39,295 nt of DNA from Gammaproteobacteria bacterium (GCA_012103395.1 WLWV01000003.1:1-39295); one strand, 5' to 3'; counted from the stretch's first letter, positions 21,958 to 34,673 are shown. Numbers and translations: made by a program. The notes: generated by a model not told the origin, from the sequence alone.

Positions 21958-24048
21958 GTGATCAGGAAAACTCCTCTTAATCGGTATAGAAATATTGGCA
22001 TAATGGCCCATATTGATGCTGGAAAGACGACTACGACTGAGCGAGTGCTATTTTATACTGGCCTCTCGCACAAGATAGGCGAGGTCCACGACGGTAATGC
22101 CGTAATGGATTGGATGGAGCAAGAACAGGAAAGAGGCATTACTATTACTTCTGCCGCTACTACTTGTTTTTGGAGTGGTATGGCCAAACAGTATCCAGAG
22201 CACCGTATTAACATCATTGATACCCCAGGGCACGTTGATTTTACTATTGAAGTAGAAAGGTCGTTGAGGGTGCTTGACGGTGCGGTTGCTGTTTTTTGTG
22301 CGGTCGGTGGTGTGGAACCGCAGTCCGAGACGGTTTGGAGACAGGCGGATAAGTATGACGTTCCAAGAATAGCGTTTATCAATAAGATGGATCGTGTAGG
22401 TGCTGATTTTTTTCGTGTTGTTGAACAAATAGGATCTCGTTTAGGAGCAAACCCAATTCCAATGCAAATCAACATTGGCGAAGAAGAGTGCTTCGAGGGT
22501 GTGGTGGATCTTGTGAAGATGAAAGCTTTGTATTGGGAAGAAGAGAATATGGGTGTTGCCTTTGTTGAAAAGGAGGTTCCCGATGAATTGTTTGAGCTGG
22601 CTAATGCCCATCGAGAGAATTTGATGGAAGCTGCGGCGGAAGCTAATGAGTTTTTGATGGATAAGTATATCGAAGGCGGAGAGCTTTCTGAGAAGGAGAT
22701 TGTGGAAGGTGTTCGAGTTCGTGCTCTAAGGAATGAGCTAATTCCTGTTTTTTGCGGTTCTGCCTTTAAAAACAAGGGAGTGCAGGCGATGTTAGACGGT
22801 GTTGTGGACTTTATGCCTAGTCCTTTGGATGTTAAAGCGATTACCGGTTTGTCATGTGATGGTAGTCGGGAGATTGTGCGAAACTCTGCTGATGAAGAGC
22901 CTTTTGCTGCGTTGGCGTTCAAGATAATGTCTGATCCATTTTTCGGTCAGCTGGTATTTTTCCGGGTTTACTCCGGGGTCATGAATGCCGGAGATGCCGT
23001 ACTCAATTCCGTAAAAGGGAAAAAGGAGCGTATTGGTCGCATCCTTCAAATGCATGCTAATGATCGGGAGGATATCAAGCAGGTTCGTGCTGGGGATATT
23101 GCTGCTGCTGTTGGCTTGAAAACCCTAACCACTGGAGACACGTTGTGTGCCGTTGATGCTGAAGTTGTTTTGGAGCGAATGGAGTTCCCTGAACCAGTGA
23201 TATCTCAAGCTGTGGAGCCTAGAACCAAGGTGGATCAGGAAAAGTTGGGAGTGGCGTTGGGCAAACTGGCCCAAGAAGATCCGTCTTTTCGAGTTCGCTC
23301 GGATGAGGAATCAGGGCAGACGATTATTTCAGGTATGGGTGAGCTGCATCTGGAAATTATCATTGATCGGCTAAGGCGAGAGTTTAGTGTTGATGCTAAC
23401 GTTGGTAAGCCCCAAGTTGCTTATCGGGAAACGATCAGCGAGATTGTTGAGCAAGAACACAAACATGCTAAGCAAACCGGTGGTCGTGGTCAATTTGCGC
23501 ACGTCCATTTGCGATTGGAGCCTCAAGAGCTGGGGGCCGGTTATAAGTTCGTTGATGAAATTAAAGGTGGTGTAATTCCGAGGGAGTATATTCCCTCTGT
23601 GGATAAAGGCATTCAGGACGCGATGCAGTCTGGGGTGGTTGCTGGGTATCCGATGATTGATGTCAAGGCAACATTGTTTTTTGGTTCATATCATGATGTG
23701 GATTCGTCCGAACATGCTTTTAAGGCGGCGGGTAGTATGGCTTTCAGAGAGGGTGCGAGAGCAGCGGGTCCTCAGCTTTTAGAACCCATGATGGCAGTAG
23801 AAGTGGTCACTCCTGAAGAGTATATGGGGGGGGTTAATGGCGACTTGAGCTCCCGAAGAGGGATGATTCAAGAAATGGAGGATTCTGGCGGTGGCAAGAT
23901 TATTCGCGCTGAGGTGCCTCTGTCGGAAATGTTTGGTTACTCGACTTCCCTGCGATCTGCGACTCAAGGCAGGGCAAACTATACGATGGAATTCAAGCAG
24001 TATTCTCCTGTTCCAAAGAATGTTGCCGAAGTGGTTGTGAACGGCTAG
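21958..24048 (+). CDS. fusA: Elongation factor G
   Basis: [22 protein letters not shown] and GMGELHLE motifs; 696 aa; GTG start. Confidence 0.99.
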   Translation: MIRKTPLNRYRNIGIMAHIDAGKTTTTERVLFYTGLSHKIGEVHDGNAVMDWMEQEQERGITITSAATTCFWSGMAKQYPEHRINIIDTPGHVDFTIEVERSLRVLDGAVAVFCAVGGVEPQSETVWRQADKYDVPRIAFINKMDRVGADFFRVVEQIGSRLGANPIPMQINIGEEECFEGVVDLVKMKALYWEEENMGVAFVEKEVPDELFELANAHRENLMEAAAEANEFLMDKYIEGGELSEKEIVEGVRVRALRNELIPVFCGSAFKNKGVQAMLDGVVDFMPSPLDVKAITGLSCDGSREIVRNSADEEPFAALAFKIMSDPFFGQLVFFRVYSGVMNAGDAVLNSVKGKKERIGRILQMHANDREDIKQVRAGDIAAAVGLKTLTTGDTLCAVDAEVVLERMEFPEPVISQAVEPRTKVDQEKLGVALGKLAQEDPSFRVRSDEESGQTIISGMGELHLEIIIDRLRREFSVDANVGKPQVAYRETISEIVEQEHKHAKQTGGRGQFAHVHLRLEPQELGAGYKFVDEIKGGVIPREYIPSVDKGIQDAMQSGVVAGYPMIDVKATLFFGSYHDVDSSEHAFKAAGSMAFREGARAAGPQLLEPMMAVEVVTPEEYMGGVNGDLSSRRGMIQEMEDSGGGKIIRAEVPLSEMFGYSTSLRSATQGRANYTMEFKQYSPVPKNVAEVVVNG

Positions 24049-24072
24049 GGCTGTTTGGATTGTTAGATTAGG

Positions 24073-25284
24073 TTTTCGGAAATTACAATAATGGCGAAAG
24101 AGAAATTTGAAAGAACGAAGCCGCATGTGAATGTCGGCACGATTGGTCACGTAGATCATGGTAAAACGACGCTGACGGCGGCGATGACAAGAGTGTTGTC
24201 GAGCAAATTTGGTGGTGAAGCTCAGGCGTTTGACCAAATTGATAATGCTCCAGAGGAGCGAGAGAGAGGTATAACGATTTCGACGGCCCACGTTGAATAC
24301 GAAACAGAAGCCCGACACTATGCGCACGTAGATTGCCCAGGTCACGCTGACTATGTAAAGAACATGATTACCGGAGCGGCCCAGATGGATGGAGCGATTT
24401 TGGTGTGTTCTGCAGCAGATGGTCCAATGCCTCAAACGCGAGAGCACATCCTGCTGGCTCGCCAGGTGGGTGTACCTTACATTGTTGTGTTCCTCAACAA
24501 AGCGGACATGGTGGATGATGAAGAGTTGATGGAGTTGGTTGAAATGGAGATTCGAGAGCTGCTTGATGCTTATGAATTTCCTGGTGATGACACTCCGATT
24601 ATAGCAGGCAGTGCACTGAAAGCGCTGGAAGGCGATACAAGTGATATAGGGGAGCCAGCAATATTGAAGCTTGCGGAAGCGCTTGATGAATATATCCCGA
24701 TGCCAGATCGTGCGGTAGATGGCGCTTTTTTGATGCCGGTAGAGGATGTGTTTTCAATTTCAGGACGTGGAACAGTGGTTACCGGTCGTATAGAGCGCGG
24801 TGTGATCAAGGTTGGCGAAGAGATTTCGATCATAGGGATTCACGACACGAAGAACACGACTTGCACAGGAGTAGAGATGTTCCGTAAGTTGTTGGATCAG
24901 GGTGAGGCGGGTGATAACGTGGGAATTCTTCTTCGTGGAACGAAACGAGAAGAGGTTGAGCGGGGTCAGGTATTAGGTAAGCCGGGTTCAATTACGCCGC
25001 ACACCAAATTTGAAGCAGAGGTGTATATTCTGTCGAAGGACGAGGGTGGACGCCACACTCCATTTTTCAATGGCTATCGCCCGCAGTTCTATTTTCGCAC
25101 CACGGATGTAACGGGAGCGTGTGAATTGGTGGAAGGTGTTGAGATGGTTATGCCGGGTGATAATGTTCAGATGACAGTGGAGTTGATAGCTCCGATCGCG
25201 ATGGAAGAAGGTTTGCGTTTTGCAATTCGCGAAGGTGGTCGAACAGTTGGTGCCGGTGTGGTTGCCAAAATTATTGAATAAGCG
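24073..25284 (+). repeat. Copy 2 of the 1212-bp tuf direct repeat
   Basis: Appears identical to 7371-8582, including 18 nt upstream and 3 nt downstream of the CDS. Confidence 0.9.
24091..25281 (+). CDS. tuf: Elongation factor Tu (tufA position)
   Basis: Protein identical to that of 7389-8579; follows fusA. Confidence 0.99.
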   Translation: MAKEKFERTKPHVNVGTIGHVDHGKTTLTAAMTRVLSSKFGGEAQAFDQIDNAPEERERGITISTAHVEYETEARHYAHVDCPGHADYVKNMITGAAQMDGAILVCSAADGPMPQTREHILLARQVGVPYIVVFLNKADMVDDEELMELVEMEIRELLDAYEFPGDDTPIIAGSALKALEGDTSDIGEPAILKLAEALDEYIPMPDRAVDGAFLMPVEDVFSISGRGTVVTGRIERGVIKVGEEISIIGIHDTKNTTCTGVEMFRKLLDQGEAGDNVGILLRGTKREEVERGQVLGKPGSITPHTKFEAEVYILSKDEGGRHTPFFNGYRPQFYFRTTDVTGACELVEGVEMVMPGDNVQMTVELIAPIAMEEGLRFAIREGGRTVGAGVVAKIIE

Positions 25285-25340
25285 ACGCTATTTCAACATA
25301 ACATAGTTATATAAATCAAAGCCACGAGAGAAATAGAGTA

Positions 25341-25655
25341 ATGGTTGAAAATCAAAAAATCCGAATCAGCCTGAAGGCGTTTGATCACAAGATGATTGAT
25401 CGGTCTGCATTGGAGATTGTGGAAACGGCGCGTCGAACGGGTGCTTTGGTCATGGGGCCAATTCCATTGCCCACAAAAATCGAGAAATATACTTTGCTGC
25501 GTTCTCCGCATGTAAATAAGAAAGCCAGAGATCAATTTGAAATTCGAACTCACAAGCGCATTCTCGATATTATTGAGCCAACCGACAAAACAGTTGATGC
25601 GCTTATGAAACTTGATCTCTCTGCTGGTGTGGATGTTGAGATCAAGCTCAATTGA
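25341..25655 (+). CDS. rpsJ: 30S ribosomal protein S10
   Basis: [17 protein letters not shown] and [14 protein letters not shown] motifs. Confidence 0.99.
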   Translation: MVENQKIRISLKAFDHKMIDRSALEIVETARRTGALVMGPIPLPTKIEKYTLLRSPHVNKKARDQFEIRTHKRILDIIEPTDKTVDALMKLDLSAGVDVEIKLN

Positions 25656-25702
25656 GTATCAAAAATACGAACAAATATAAAAGCTAAAATAGGTTACTAA
25701 AA

Positions 25703-26359
25703 ATGTCGCTGGGACTAGTTGGAAAGAAAATAGGTATGACCCGAGTCTTCACTGAAACAGGCAGCTCTCGGCCGGTTACAGTGATTGAGGTTTCTCCTAA
25801 TCGTGTTACCCAAGTAAGAACGGTGGAGAACGATGGTTATAATGCGTTGCAAGTTACCGTAGGTGAACGTCGTGCAAGTCGTGTTACCGGTGCAATGAAA
25901 GGGCATTTTGCAAAGGCGGGTGTTGAGCCGGGCAGAGGTGTTTGGGAACTGAGGCTTTCCGAGCCGGTTGAGCATGCTGCCGGATCAGAGTTGACAGTTT
26001 CCCTATTTGTTGAGGGTCAAAAAGTGGACGTGACGGGTCAATCTATTGGTAAAGGTTTTGCCGGAGCTATGAAGAGACATGGTTTTCGCGGCGGTAGGGC
26101 AAGTCATGGTAACTCCAAGGCTCACCGTCTGCCGGGTTCGATCGGTAACGCCCAAGACCCGGGTCGAGTGTTTAAGGGTAAAAAGATGGCTGGACATATG
26201 GGTGCGGCTCAACGAGTACAGCAGAATTTGGAAGTTATCAGAGTTGATAGCGATAGAAACCTTATTCTTGTTGAAGGTTCGATTCCGGGATCTAAAGGTT
26301 CTGACGTAGTTATCAGGTCTTCAGTGAAAGTGGGTCGAAAAAATAGTGACTCTCAATAG
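25703..26359 (+). CDS. rplC: 50S ribosomal protein L3
   Basis: [18 protein letters not shown] and [15 protein letters not shown] motifs. Confidence 0.99.
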   Translation: MSLGLVGKKIGMTRVFTETGSSRPVTVIEVSPNRVTQVRTVENDGYNALQVTVGERRASRVTGAMKGHFAKAGVEPGRGVWELRLSEPVEHAAGSELTVSLFVEGQKVDVTGQSIGKGFAGAMKRHGFRGGRASHGNSKAHRLPGSIGNAQDPGRVFKGKKMAGHMGAAQRVQQNLEVIRVDSDRNLILVEGSIPGSKGSDVVIRSSVKVGRKNSDSQ

Positions 26360-26379
26360 CATAGCTAAAACGCAGAACG

Positions 26380-27003
26380 ATGAGTATTCAACTTAAAATA
26401 AATAGCGTTTCTGGTGTAGACGCAAGTGATGTTGATGTTTCGGATATCAATTTTGGTGCCGACTTTAACGAAGCCTTGATTCATCAAGTGGTTGTTGCGT
26501 ATCAGGCCGGTGGTCGGTCTGGCACCCGAGCACAAAAAAACCGTGCTGCTGTTAGCGGTGGAGGAGCAAAACCTTGGAGACAAAAGGGTACAGGACGTGC
26601 GAGAGCTGGTACAATACGCAGTCCGATTTTCCGAGGTGGTGGTCGAACATTTGCTGCATCTGCTCAAAGCTTTGAGCAGAAAGTAAATAAGAAGATGTAT
26701 CGAGCCGCTATTCGCTCAATTCTTTCCGAGCTCTGCCGCCAAGAACGACTTATTGTGGTGGATAGTTTTGGTCTGGAAGATCCAAAAACTAAAGCTTTGG
26801 TCGGGCGTTTAAGTGCCCTAGGTGCGCCTGAAGCTCTTTTGGTTCTTGCGGGTTCTGAACACAACGTGGAGTTGTCAGCGAGAAACTTAAAATATGTCTC
26901 TGTTTGTAGTAGTAGTGAGATAAATCCTGTCAATTTGATTAGCCATGAGAAAGTGATCATGACGGCGGATGCGGCAAAAAAAATTGACGAGGCATTACAA
27001 TGA
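26380..27003 (+). CDS. rplD: 50S ribosomal protein L4
   Basis: [14 protein letters not shown] motif. Confidence 0.99.
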   Translation: MSIQLKINSVSGVDASDVDVSDINFGADFNEALIHQVVVAYQAGGRSGTRAQKNRAAVSGGGAKPWRQKGTGRARAGTIRSPIFRGGGRTFAASAQSFEQKVNKKMYRAAIRSILSELCRQERLIVVDSFGLEDPKTKALVGRLSALGAPEALLVLAGSEHNVELSARNLKYVSVCSSSEINPVNLISHEKVIMTADAAKKIDEALQ

Positions 27004-27302
27004 ACGAAGAACGGCTTTATCAAATTATTTTGAAACCGGTGATTTCGGAAAAGACCACCACGGTGGCTGATAAGCATGGGCAAATTGTGTTTCAGGTTGT
27101 CCCTGATGCAACGAAAACAGAGATTGGCGCAGCTGTTGAAAAGCTCTTTGAAGTCAAAGTTAAGGCTGTGCAAGTTTCTAACGTAAAAGGGAAAGAAAAA
27201 CGATTTGGGAAAGTCCAGGGAAGAAGAAGTAATTGGAAGAAGGCTTACGTTAGCTTGCAGGAGGGTCATGACATCGATTTTCTTGGAATGGCTGGAGCGT
27301 AA
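27000..27302 (+). CDS. rplW: 50S ribosomal protein L23
   Basis: [15 protein letters not shown] and WKKAYVSL motifs. Confidence 0.98.
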   Translation: MNEERLYQIILKPVISEKTTTVADKHGQIVFQVVPDATKTEIGAAVEKLFEVKVKAVQVSNVKGKEKRFGKVQGRRSNWKKAYVSLQEGHDIDFLGMAGA

Positions 27303-27342
27303 GTAAAACATTTGCCGAAAAATCAGTATTGAGTAACTAACT

Positions 27343-28167
27343 ATGGCATTAGAGAAACAAAAACCGACTACTCCGGGTCGTCGGGGCATGGTCAAGGTGG
27401 TGACCCCTGATCTGCATAAAGGAAAGCCTCATGGTCCCCTTTTGGAGGCGAAGAAAGCGATAAGCGGCCGTAATAATGAAGGTCATATTACTGTTCGTCA
27501 CAGGGGGGGCGGGCACAAGCGGCATTACCGTCTTGTCGACTTCAAGCGAGACAAGGATGGAATTGGTGCGGTGGTCAAGCACATTGAATATGATCCAAAT
27601 CGTAGCGCCCATATTGCACTGCTTGTCTATAGTGATGGTGAGCATAGATACATGATCGCTCCTCGCGGAATCACCGCTGGAGATAAAGTTATGTCGGGGG
27701 TTGGTTCTGGATATAATTTGGGAAACTGTATGCCCTTGCGCAACCTCCCGATTGGTACAGTGGTTCATTGCGTAGAATTAAAACCTGGGAAAGGCGCCCA
27801 AATCGCACGGTCGGCAGGTGCTTCCGTGCAATTCATTGGTAAAGAGGGATCGTACGCGCAACTAAGACTTAGATCGGGAGAAATGCGTAAGGTTCACCTC
27901 GATTGTCGAGCGACGATAGGTCAAGTAGGGAACTCAGAACATAGTCTAAGAAAGTTGGGTAAGGCGGGAGCTAAGCGTTGGAGAGGGATAAGGCCTACTG
28001 TTCGGGGGGTGGCTATGAACCCTGTAGATCACCCGCACGGTGGTGGTGAGGGTCGTACTTCGGGCGGTCGAGACCCAGTGTCTCCTTGGGGTGTACCCAC
28101 CAAAGGTTATCGCACACGTTCAAACAAACGTACTTCATCAATGATTATACGCAGGCGGAAGAAATAG
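27343..28167 (+). CDS. rplB: 50S ribosomal protein L2
   Basis: EYDPNRSA and [17 protein letters not shown] motifs. Confidence 0.99.
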   Translation: MALEKQKPTTPGRRGMVKVVTPDLHKGKPHGPLLEAKKAISGRNNEGHITVRHRGGGHKRHYRLVDFKRDKDGIGAVVKHIEYDPNRSAHIALLVYSDGEHRYMIAPRGITAGDKVMSGVGSGYNLGNCMPLRNLPIGTVVHCVELKPGKGAQIARSAGASVQFIGKEGSYAQLRLRSGEMRKVHLDCRATIGQVGNSEHSLRKLGKAGAKRWRGIRPTVRGVAMNPVDHPHGGGEGRTSGGRDPVSPWGVPTKGYRTRSNKRTSSMIIRRRKK

Positions 28168-28169
28168 CA

Positions 28170-28442
28170 ATGCCACGTTCAATAAAAAAAGGCCCTTTCG
28201 TTGACCACCATCTGTGGTCAAAAGTTATCAAGGCCAAAGAAGAGAGTTCCCGTAAGCCAATTAAGACCTGGTCTAGAAGATCGATGGTTATGCCCGAATT
28301 CGTGGGTATTACTATTGCTGTTCATAACGGAAGACAGCACATGCCTATTCTCATTAGTGAGAATATGGTCGGACATAAACTGGGCGAATTTGCACCTACT
28401 CGTACTTATCGCGGCCACGTTGCTTCAAAGAAGGCTAAATAA
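28170..28442 (+). CDS. rpsS: 30S ribosomal protein S19
   Basis: [19 protein letters not shown] and [11 protein letters not shown] motifs. True start is ATG 28170; the ORF-track extension overlaps rplB. Confidence 0.98.
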   Translation: MPRSIKKGPFVDHHLWSKVIKAKEESSRKPIKTWSRRSMVMPEFVGITIAVHNGRQHMPILISENMVGHKLGEFAPTRTYRGHVASKKAK

Positions 28443-28444
28443 TT

Positions 28445-28798
28445 ATGCAAGCTAAATCGATAGCGAAATACATTCGCCTTTCACCGCAAAAATGCCGTTT
28501 GGTTGCGGATCAAGTGAGGTCTCTTCCAGTCGAACGGGCTTTGGAAATTTTGGAGTTCAGTACAAAAAAGGGATCTTTGCCAATGAAAAAGGTTCTGGAT
28601 TCTGCAATTGCTAATGCCGAGCACAATGAAGGTGCGGATATTGATGATCTTTGGATTAATCAAGTTATGGTGGATGAAGCACCTACTCTAAAACGGTTTC
28701 GCGCGAGAGCAAAAGGGCGTGGTACAAGAATTCTTAAACGTACCTGCCACATTACTCTGAGTGTCAGCGACGAACCAAGAATTTCGCAGAAAAAATAG
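28445..28798 (+). CDS. rplV: 50S ribosomal protein L22
   Basis: [19 protein letters not shown] and RARAKGR motifs. Confidence 0.98.
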   Translation: MQAKSIAKYIRLSPQKCRLVADQVRSLPVERALEILEFSTKKGSLPMKKVLDSAIANAEHNEGADIDDLWINQVMVDEAPTLKRFRARAKGRGTRILKRTCHITLSVSDEPRISQKK

Positions 28799-28815
28799 TG
28801 AGCGGAGAATATTAA

Positions 28816-29493
28816 ATGGGTCAGAAAGTACATCCTAACGGTATCCGATTAGGTATTGTTAAAGACTGGAGTGCCAAGTGGTACGCAAACAGTGGTAATT
28901 ATGCCGCGACGCTAGCGAACGATCTAAAGATACGTCAGTTTTTGGCTAAACATCTAGGGAATGCCGCGGTTAGCAAGATTGCTATTGATCGTCCAGCTCA
29001 AAATCTCAATGTAACCATTTTTACCGCTCGTCCTGGTATTGTTATTGGAAAGAAAGGTGAAGATATCGAGCGTCTACGACAGAAGCTTACTAAGATAAAC
29101 GGTGCCCCCGTTCAGGTTGCCGTGGAAGAGATTAGAAAGCCAGAGCTTGATGCCAAATTGGTTGCAGAGAATATATGTCAGCAACTCGAAAAGCGCATAA
29201 TGTTTCGTCGCGCGATGAAGCGGGCGGTGCAGAACTCGATGCGGCTTGGTGCTGAAGGAGTGAAGGTGATGCTTGCCGGACGTCTGAACGGTGCTGAAAT
29301 TGCAAGAACAGAATGGTATCGGGAAGGGCGCGTTCCGCTGCATACGCTTCGTGCTGACATAGATTATGGGGTTCACGAAGCTCATACCACCTACGGGATT
29401 ATCGGCGTTAAGGTCTGGATCTTTAAAGGCGAGGTTTTCGAACAAGTTACGGCTGTGCCCGAAGGCGCAGACCAAAAGAAAGAACTGGTTTAG
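28816..29493 (+). CDS. rpsC: 30S ribosomal protein S3
   Basis: [13 protein letters not shown] and [14 protein letters not shown] motifs. Confidence 0.99.
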   Translation: MGQKVHPNGIRLGIVKDWSAKWYANSGNYAATLANDLKIRQFLAKHLGNAAVSKIAIDRPAQNLNVTIFTARPGIVIGKKGEDIERLRQKLTKINGAPVQVAVEEIRKPELDAKLVAENICQQLEKRIMFRRAMKRAVQNSMRLGAEGVKVMLAGRLNGAEIARTEWYREGRVPLHTLRADIDYGVHEAHTTYGIIGVKVWIFKGEVFEQVTAVPEGADQKKELV

Positions 29494-29510
29494 TTCGGGG
29501 TTAATGGAAA

Positions 29511-29924
29511 ATGCTTCATCCTAAAAGAACAAAATTTCGTAAGCAACACAAAGGTCGCAACAGAGGCTTGGCGAATCGTGGAAGTCGAGTGAGCTTTGGT
29601 GAATTCGGACTGCAGTGCACCACTAGGGGGCGGTTAACCGCTAGGCAGATCGAGGCCGCCCGCCGTGCGATAACTCGTCACGTAAAACGGGGTGGGCGGA
29701 TATGGATTCGTATATTTCCAGATAAGCCGGTTTCGAAAAAACCCCTAGAGGTTCGAATGGGTAAAGGTAAAGGTAATCCGGAGTTTTGGGTTGCGCTAGT
29801 GCAGCCAGGTACTGTGCTTTACGAAATCGAAGGGGTTCCTGAAGAGCTCGCCCGCGAAGCTTTTCGTTTGGCTGGTGCCAAGTTGCCACTACAAACAACT
29901 TTTGTGAGACGTCAGGTAGGCTAA
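29511..29924 (+). CDS. rplP: 50S ribosomal protein L16
   Basis: [12 protein letters not shown] and EVRMGKGKG motifs. Confidence 0.99.
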   Translation: MLHPKRTKFRKQHKGRNRGLANRGSRVSFGEFGLQCTTRGRLTARQIEAARRAITRHVKRGGRIWIRIFPDKPVSKKPLEVRMGKGKGNPEFWVALVQPGTVLYEIEGVPEELAREAFRLAGAKLPLQTTFVRRQVG

Positions 29925-29925
29925 G

Positions 29926-30120
29926 ATGAAAGTTTCTGAATTGAGAGTAAAAAGCGTTGAAGAGCTTAACGAGGAACTATTAGGTCTTCGCAAAGAGCAG
30001 TTTAATCTTCGGATGCAGCGAGGAGCTGGTCAGTTAGCCAATCCAGCTCGTTTTAATGTCGTACGAAAAGACATTGCTAGGATTAAGACGATTCTGACAG
30101 AGATAGCGAGTAATAAGTAA
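29926..30120 (+). CDS. rpmC: 50S ribosomal protein L29
   Basis: KEQFNLRMQ and [10 protein letters not shown] motifs. Confidence 0.97.
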   Translation: MKVSELRVKSVEELNEELLGLRKEQFNLRMQRGAGQLANPARFNVVRKDIARIKTILTEIASNK

Positions 30121-30407
30121 TGACTACAGAGACAACAGCCGTGGAAAACTCCGAAGGTGCGAAAAGTGGGCGTTTGGTAGAAGGCAGCGTAACAAGCTCT
30201 TCAATGGATAAGACCATTACAGTTCTCGTGGAACGTAAGATTAAGCATCCGATATACAAGAAATACATTCGTCGTTCAACCAAACTACATGCGCACGATG
30301 AAGAAAACGTATGCCGGGTTGGAGATACTGTTCGTATTGAAGCATGTAGACCATTGTCTAAGTCTAAAAGCTGGCGATTGGTTGAAGTATTGACAAAAGC
30401 GGTTTAG
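30120..30407 (+). CDS. rpsQ: 30S ribosomal protein S17
   Basis: MDKTITV, HPIYKK, HAHDE and RPLSKSKSW motifs; TAATG overlap with rpmC. Confidence 0.98.
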   Translation: MTTETTAVENSEGAKSGRLVEGSVTSSSMDKTITVLVERKIKHPIYKKYIRRSTKLHAHDEENVCRVGDTVRIEACRPLSKSKSWRLVEVLTKAV

Positions 30408-30428
30408 CCGTAAGATTGGGAGTTTACA

Positions 30429-30797
30429 ATGATTCAAATGCAATCGATGATGTCCGTTGCTGATAACAGTGGCGCAAAAAAGGTAATGTGTATCAAGGTG
30501 CTCGGCGGATCAAAACGCCGATACGCAGGAATTGGTGACATTGTCAAAATCACTATTAAGGAAGCTTTGCCCAACAGTCGCGTCAAAAAGGGCGATGTTT
30601 ACGATGCCGTTATCGTAAGGACAAGAAGTGGGGTTCGTCGTCCCGACGGTTCATTGATTAGGTTTGATCAAAATTCAGCGGTGTTACTGAATGCGAATCA
30701 TCAACCTATAGGTACACGTATTTTTGGGCCAGTTACACGGGAATTGCGCTCAGAAAAGTTTATGCGCATTATTTCATTGGCGCCAGAGGTTCTGTAA
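30429..30797 (+). CDS. rplN: 50S ribosomal protein L14
   Basis: VADNSGAK and [12 protein letters not shown] motifs. Confidence 0.99.
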   Translation: MIQMQSMMSVADNSGAKKVMCIKVLGGSKRRYAGIGDIVKITIKEALPNSRVKKGDVYDAVIVRTRSGVRRPDGSLIRFDQNSAVLLNANHQPIGTRIFGPVTRELRSEKFMRIISLAPEVL

Positions 30798-30835
30798 ACA
30801 GAACATTACTGCACTTTATATTTAGAGTAATAACG

Positions 30836-31156
30836 ATGCAAAGAATCAAGAAAGGTGATGATGTTGTAGTGCTTGCTGGACGCGATAAGGGTAAGCGCGG
30901 CAATGTCTTGAGTACGATTGGTGATAGCAAGGCGCTCGTCGATAACGTTAATATCGTCAAGAAACACACTAAAGGTAATCCAAATACTGGGGAAACTGGA
31001 GGGATTTTGGAGAAGGAAGCTCCTATACATATTTCCAATTTGGCGTTGTACAACCCTGCTAGCAGCAAAGGAGAGCGGGTTGGTTATAAAACATTGGAGG
31101 ATGGGCGTAAGGTGCGGTATTTCAAGTCCAACGGCGAAGTCATTGATCTCGCGTAA
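30836..31156 (+). CDS. rplX: 50S ribosomal protein L24
   Basis: [22 protein letters not shown] motif and EAPIHISN. Confidence 0.98.
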   Translation: MQRIKKGDDVVVLAGRDKGKRGNVLSTIGDSKALVDNVNIVKKHTKGNPNTGETGGILEKEAPIHISNLALYNPASSKGERVGYKTLEDGRKVRYFKSNGEVIDLA

Positions 31157-31194
31157 ACCGCAGCATCATAACCTGCAAAATAATAGTTATTAGA

Positions 31195-31734
31195 ATGTCT
31201 AGATTACAAGAGCTGTATAAATCAGAGGTTGCGCCAAAACTCCATGAAGAATTTGGCTTTGGAAGTGCCATGCAAATTCCTCGGATTACGAAAATCACGC
31301 TTAATATGGGGCTTGGCGAAGCTGTTGCGAATAAAAATGTACTGCAAAATGCAACAGCGGATCTCGAAAAAATTACCGGTCAAAAACCTGTTGTAACTAA
31401 GGCAAAAAAGTCCGAGGCAGCGTTTAAAATTCGCGAGGGATGGCCTATTGGTGCGAAAGTCACCTTGAGAAAGGAGCGAATGTATGAATTTCTGGATCGC
31501 CTTATTTCAGTTGCGGTTCCTCGTATACGCGATTTTCGTGGACTTTCAAGTAAGTCTTTTGATGGACGGGGTAACTACGCATTTGGTCTAAAGGAACAAA
31601 TCGTATTTCCTGAGATAGACTACGATAATGTTGATGCCTTGCGAGGTATGGATATTTGTATTACCACCTCAACTAACAACGACGATGAAGCAAGAGCTCT
31701 ATTAAGAGCGTTTAACTTTCCTATGAAGAGCTAA
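31195..31734 (+). CDS. rplE: 50S ribosomal protein L5
   Basis: [14 protein letters not shown] and FDGRGNY motifs. Confidence 0.99.
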   Translation: MSRLQELYKSEVAPKLHEEFGFGSAMQIPRITKITLNMGLGEAVANKNVLQNATADLEKITGQKPVVTKAKKSEAAFKIREGWPIGAKVTLRKERMYEFLDRLISVAVPRIRDFRGLSSKSFDGRGNYAFGLKEQIVFPEIDYDNVDALRGMDICITTSTNNDDEARALLRAFNFPMKS

Positions 31735-31737
31735 AGA

Positions 31738-32043
31738 ATGGCTAAAAAATCCATGATAGCGCGTGAAGCAAAACGCACAAAGCTAGTTAGCAAGCACGCC
31801 AGTAAACGTGAGCATCTAATTAGTGTTATTTCCAATTTGGAAACATCAGGTGACGATCAATGGGAAGCAATGATTGCCCTCCAGAAATTGCCAAGGGATT
31901 CCAGTAAAGCACGTCAGCGCAATCGGTGCGCGTTGACAGGCCGACCACATGGTTACTATCGAAAATTTGGACTATGTCGAAATAAGTTGAGAGAAGTAAT
32001 CATGCGGGGCGAAGCTCCCGGTGTTGTTAAGTCTAGCTGGTAG
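31738..32043 (+). CDS. rpsN: 30S ribosomal protein S14 (long, 101-aa form)
   Basis: [10 protein letters not shown] and [19 protein letters not shown] motifs. Confidence 0.98.
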   Translation: MAKKSMIAREAKRTKLVSKHASKREHLISVISNLETSGDDQWEAMIALQKLPRDSSKARQRNRCALTGRPHGYYRKFGLCRNKLREVIMRGEAPGVVKSSW

Positions 32044-32062
32044 AGAGTGAGGAGAATATAGT

Positions 32063-32458
32063 ATGAGTATGTCTGATCCAATAGCGGATATGTTGACCCG
32101 AATCCGTAACGGCCTTCGAGCACAAAAATCCAGTGTATCAATGCCTGCATCTAATAGTAAAGCGGCTATCGCCAAGGTACTTCTGGATGAAGGTTATATC
32201 AAGGGTTTTTCAGTTTCCGGTGAAGGTGCGTTGAAGAGTATTTCAGTAGATTTGAAATATTTTCAGGGCGAGGCTGTTATAGAAGAAATACAGCGGGTTA
32301 GTTTGCCCAGTTGTCGTGTGTACAGTAGCTGTGACGAGTTACCCACCGTGAGAGATGGACTTGGTGTTGCATTGGTTTCTACATCTCAAGGTGTTATGAC
32401 TGATAGGGCCGCACGTCAGTTGGGAGTGGGCGGCGAAGTTCTTTGCACCGTTTTCTGA
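32063..32458 (+). CDS. rpsH: 30S ribosomal protein S8
   Basis: [21 protein letters not shown] and GGEVLC motifs. Confidence 0.99.
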   Translation: MSMSDPIADMLTRIRNGLRAQKSSVSMPASNSKAAIAKVLLDEGYIKGFSVSGEGALKSISVDLKYFQGEAVIEEIQRVSLPSCRVYSSCDELPTVRDGLGVALVSTSQGVMTDRAARQLGVGGEVLCTVF

Positions 32459-32492
32459 ATCAAAAAACGAATAGCTTAATAAGAGTAAAATA

Positions 32493-33041
32493 ATGTCACG
32501 TATCGCAAAAGCGCCGATTACCATCCCTTCGGGTGTGGATGTACTAATCGAAGATGGAACAATTCGAGCTAAGGGGCCAAAAGGTGAGCTGAGTTTTAGT
32601 ATTACTCAGGATATTCGTTTGGTTCAAAATGATGGGGTGCTAAATGTGGAAGTTGGCACAGGCAGTAGCAGAATAAATGCCAAGAATTTGGTTGCTATGT
32701 CAGGTACGACTCGGGCTATGGTTAATAATTTGATTATTGGTGTTTCTCAAGGTTTTGAACGTAAACTAAATATTGTCGGTGTTGGTTACAGGGCTCAAGT
32801 GCAAGGTAGTAAAATTAATCTGAGTCTTGGTTTTTCGCATCCCGTTGTATATACCCTACCAGATGGAATAACAGCAGAAACCCCGACCCAAACTCAGATA
32901 GTGCTGCGTGGTACTGATAAGCAGGTGCTCGGTCAAGTAGCCGCTGAGATTCGAGCATACCGACCACCGGAGCCATACAAAGGCAAAGGGATTCGATATG
33001 CTGACGAACACGTTGTTCGTAAGCAAGCGAAGAAAAAGTAA
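32493..33041 (+). CDS. rplF: 50S ribosomal protein L6
   Basis: GVGYRA, LGFSHPV and RPPEPYKGKGIRY motifs. Confidence 0.99.
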   Translation: MSRIAKAPITIPSGVDVLIEDGTIRAKGPKGELSFSITQDIRLVQNDGVLNVEVGTGSSRINAKNLVAMSGTTRAMVNNLIIGVSQGFERKLNIVGVGYRAQVQGSKINLSLGFSHPVVYTLPDGITAETPTQTQIVLRGTDKQVLGQVAAEIRAYRPPEPYKGKGIRYADEHVVRKQAKKK

Positions 33042-33062
33042 ATAGCAAACACTGTAATTATT

Positions 33063-33419
33063 ATGAGCGATAAAAATCGGGCAAGACTCAGAAGAGCCAA
33101 AAAGTCCAGAAGTAAAATAGCAAAGTTGGAAGCGATACGACTGTCAGTTCATCGTACTTCCCAACACTTTTACGCACAAATTTTCGACCAATCGGGACAG
33201 ACTGTTCTTGCTTCGGCGTCTACTCTGGAATCAGATGTTCGTCAACAACTGAAAACCGGCGGAAACTGTGACGCAGCAATTGCTGTTGGGAAATTATTGG
33301 CTGAGAAAGCAAAAGATGCAGGTATCGACAAGGTTGCGTTTGATCGATCGGGATTCCGATACCACGGTAGAGTAAAGGCGTTTGCTGACTCTGCTCGTGA
33401 GCACGGTTTGAAATTTTAA
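33063..33419 (+). CDS. rplR: 50S ribosomal protein L18
   Basis: RLSVHRT and [14 protein letters not shown] motifs. Confidence 0.98.
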   Translation: MSDKNRARLRRAKKSRSKIAKLEAIRLSVHRTSQHFYAQIFDQSGQTVLASASTLESDVRQQLKTGGNCDAAIAVGKLLAEKAKDAGIDKVAFDRSGFRYHGRVKAFADSAREHGLKF

Positions 33420-33434
33420 TACCATATTACTATC

Positions 33435-33944
33435 ATGGCTAAAGCAAGAGAACGCGATAATGCTCGCAAAGACAATTATCAAGAGCAGTTGATAAACGTA
33501 AGACGAGTTTCGAAGGTGGTGAAAGGAGGTAGGATATTCGGCTTTTCCGCACTTACAGTTGTAGGCGACGGGGAAGGCAGAGTAGGGATGGGTAGAGGAA
33601 AAGCACGAGAAGTTCCTATTGCTGTCCAAAAAGCAATGGAAGATGCTCGACGCAATATGTTCAAAGTACAGATGAGAGGATCCACCCTCCAATATCCGAT
33701 GATAGGCAAACACGGTTCGGCTCGAGTTGTTCTAAGACCGGCAACCGAGGGTACTGGGGTTATTGCTGGAGGAACCATGAGGGCAGTATTTGAAGTATTA
33801 GGCTTGCAAAATGTTCTAGCTAAGATTATTGGAACTACGAACCCTGTGAACGTTACACGAGCGACTATAGCCGCCCTGAAAGGTATGAAGAGCGCTAGTT
33901 ATGTAGCTGCGAAACGTGGTAAAGATGTTAAAGAACTGCGTTAA
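33435..33944 (+). CDS. rpsE: 30S ribosomal protein S5
   Basis: [22 protein letters not shown] and GTGVIAGG motifs. Confidence 0.99.
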   Translation: MAKARERDNARKDNYQEQLINVRRVSKVVKGGRIFGFSALTVVGDGEGRVGMGRGKAREVPIAVQKAMEDARRNMFKVQMRGSTLQYPMIGKHGSARVVLRPATEGTGVIAGGTMRAVFEVLGLQNVLAKIIGTTNPVNVTRATIAALKGMKSASYVAAKRGKDVKELR

Positions 33945-33994
33945 TACCTTGTTCTGCGTTACATAGTATTTTAGAAAAAATTGAGAGTTGGGCA

Positions 33995-34183
33995 ATGGCT
34001 GAAAGTAAAAAACTGCAAGTAACCTTGGTGAAAAGCATGAATGGCCGCTTGAAAAAGCACCAAGCTTGTGCGAGGGGACTAGGGCTTCGACGTATGCATC
34101 ACACTGTTGAAGTTATAGATACTCCAGAAAACCGTGGAATGATAAATAGAATCAGCTACATGCTGAAGTGCGTAGAGATTTAG
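33995..34183 (+). CDS. rpmD: 50S ribosomal protein L30
   Basis: VTLVKS, GLGLRR and DTPENRGMI motifs. Confidence 0.97.
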   Translation: MAESKKLQVTLVKSMNGRLKKHQACARGLGLRRMHHTVEVIDTPENRGMINRISYMLKCVEI

Positions 34184-34238
34184 TGCTAGTACACTAATTA
34201 CTATTGACGCTGAATAGAATTACATTAGAGATATAGAA

Positions 34239-34673
34239 ATGCGACTGAACACGATTAAGCCGGCCGATGGGTCTAAGAAAGTAGCTAAGAGAGCTGGGCG
34301 TGGCTCCGGTTCTGGTCTTGGTAAAACTGCTGGGCGGGGAACTAAAGGGCAAAAGTCGAGATCAGGTGGCTACCGTAAGGTAGGTTTCGAAGGTGGCCAA
34401 ATGCCATTGCAAAGGCGTTTGCCGAAACGAGGGTTTCGATCTATGACTAATAAGCATACTTCCGAAATTCGTCTAAATGAGCTTAACAAAATTGATGGCG
34501 ACGTTGCAGATCTTAAAGCATTACAAAGTGCGGGTGTCATTGAATTACATATTGATCGGGCTAAGGTAATACTGTCAGGCGAGATTGATCGATCAATAAC
34601 AGTAAGAGGACTTACGGCGACTAAAGGTGCTCGAAAAGCTATCGAGAGCGCCGGCGGAAAGGTAGAAGACTAG
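34239..34673 (+). CDS. rplO: 50S ribosomal protein L15
   Basis: [11 protein letters not shown] and [17 protein letters not shown] motifs. Confidence 0.99.
   Translation: MRLNTIKPADGSKKVAKRAGRGSGSGLGKTAGRGTKGQKSRSGGYRKVGFEGGQMPLQRRLPKRGFRSMTNKHTSEIRLNELNKIDGDVADLKALQSAGVIELHIDRAKVILSGEIDRSITVRGLTATKGARKAIESAGGKVED

Noticed and set aside
22053-22922. 289-aa antisense ORF within fusA, and similar antisense ORFs in tuf, rplL, rplD/W and rpoBC
   Set aside because: These are shadow ORFs caused by the codon bias of conserved genes. They are Ser/Ile/Pro-rich with no recognisable domain.
28086-28169. N-terminal extensions in the ORF track for rpsS (also rplJ, rplL, rpoA and rplQ)
   Set aside because: These are longest-ORF artefacts. 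Conserved N-termini and SD positions point to the downstream ATGs.
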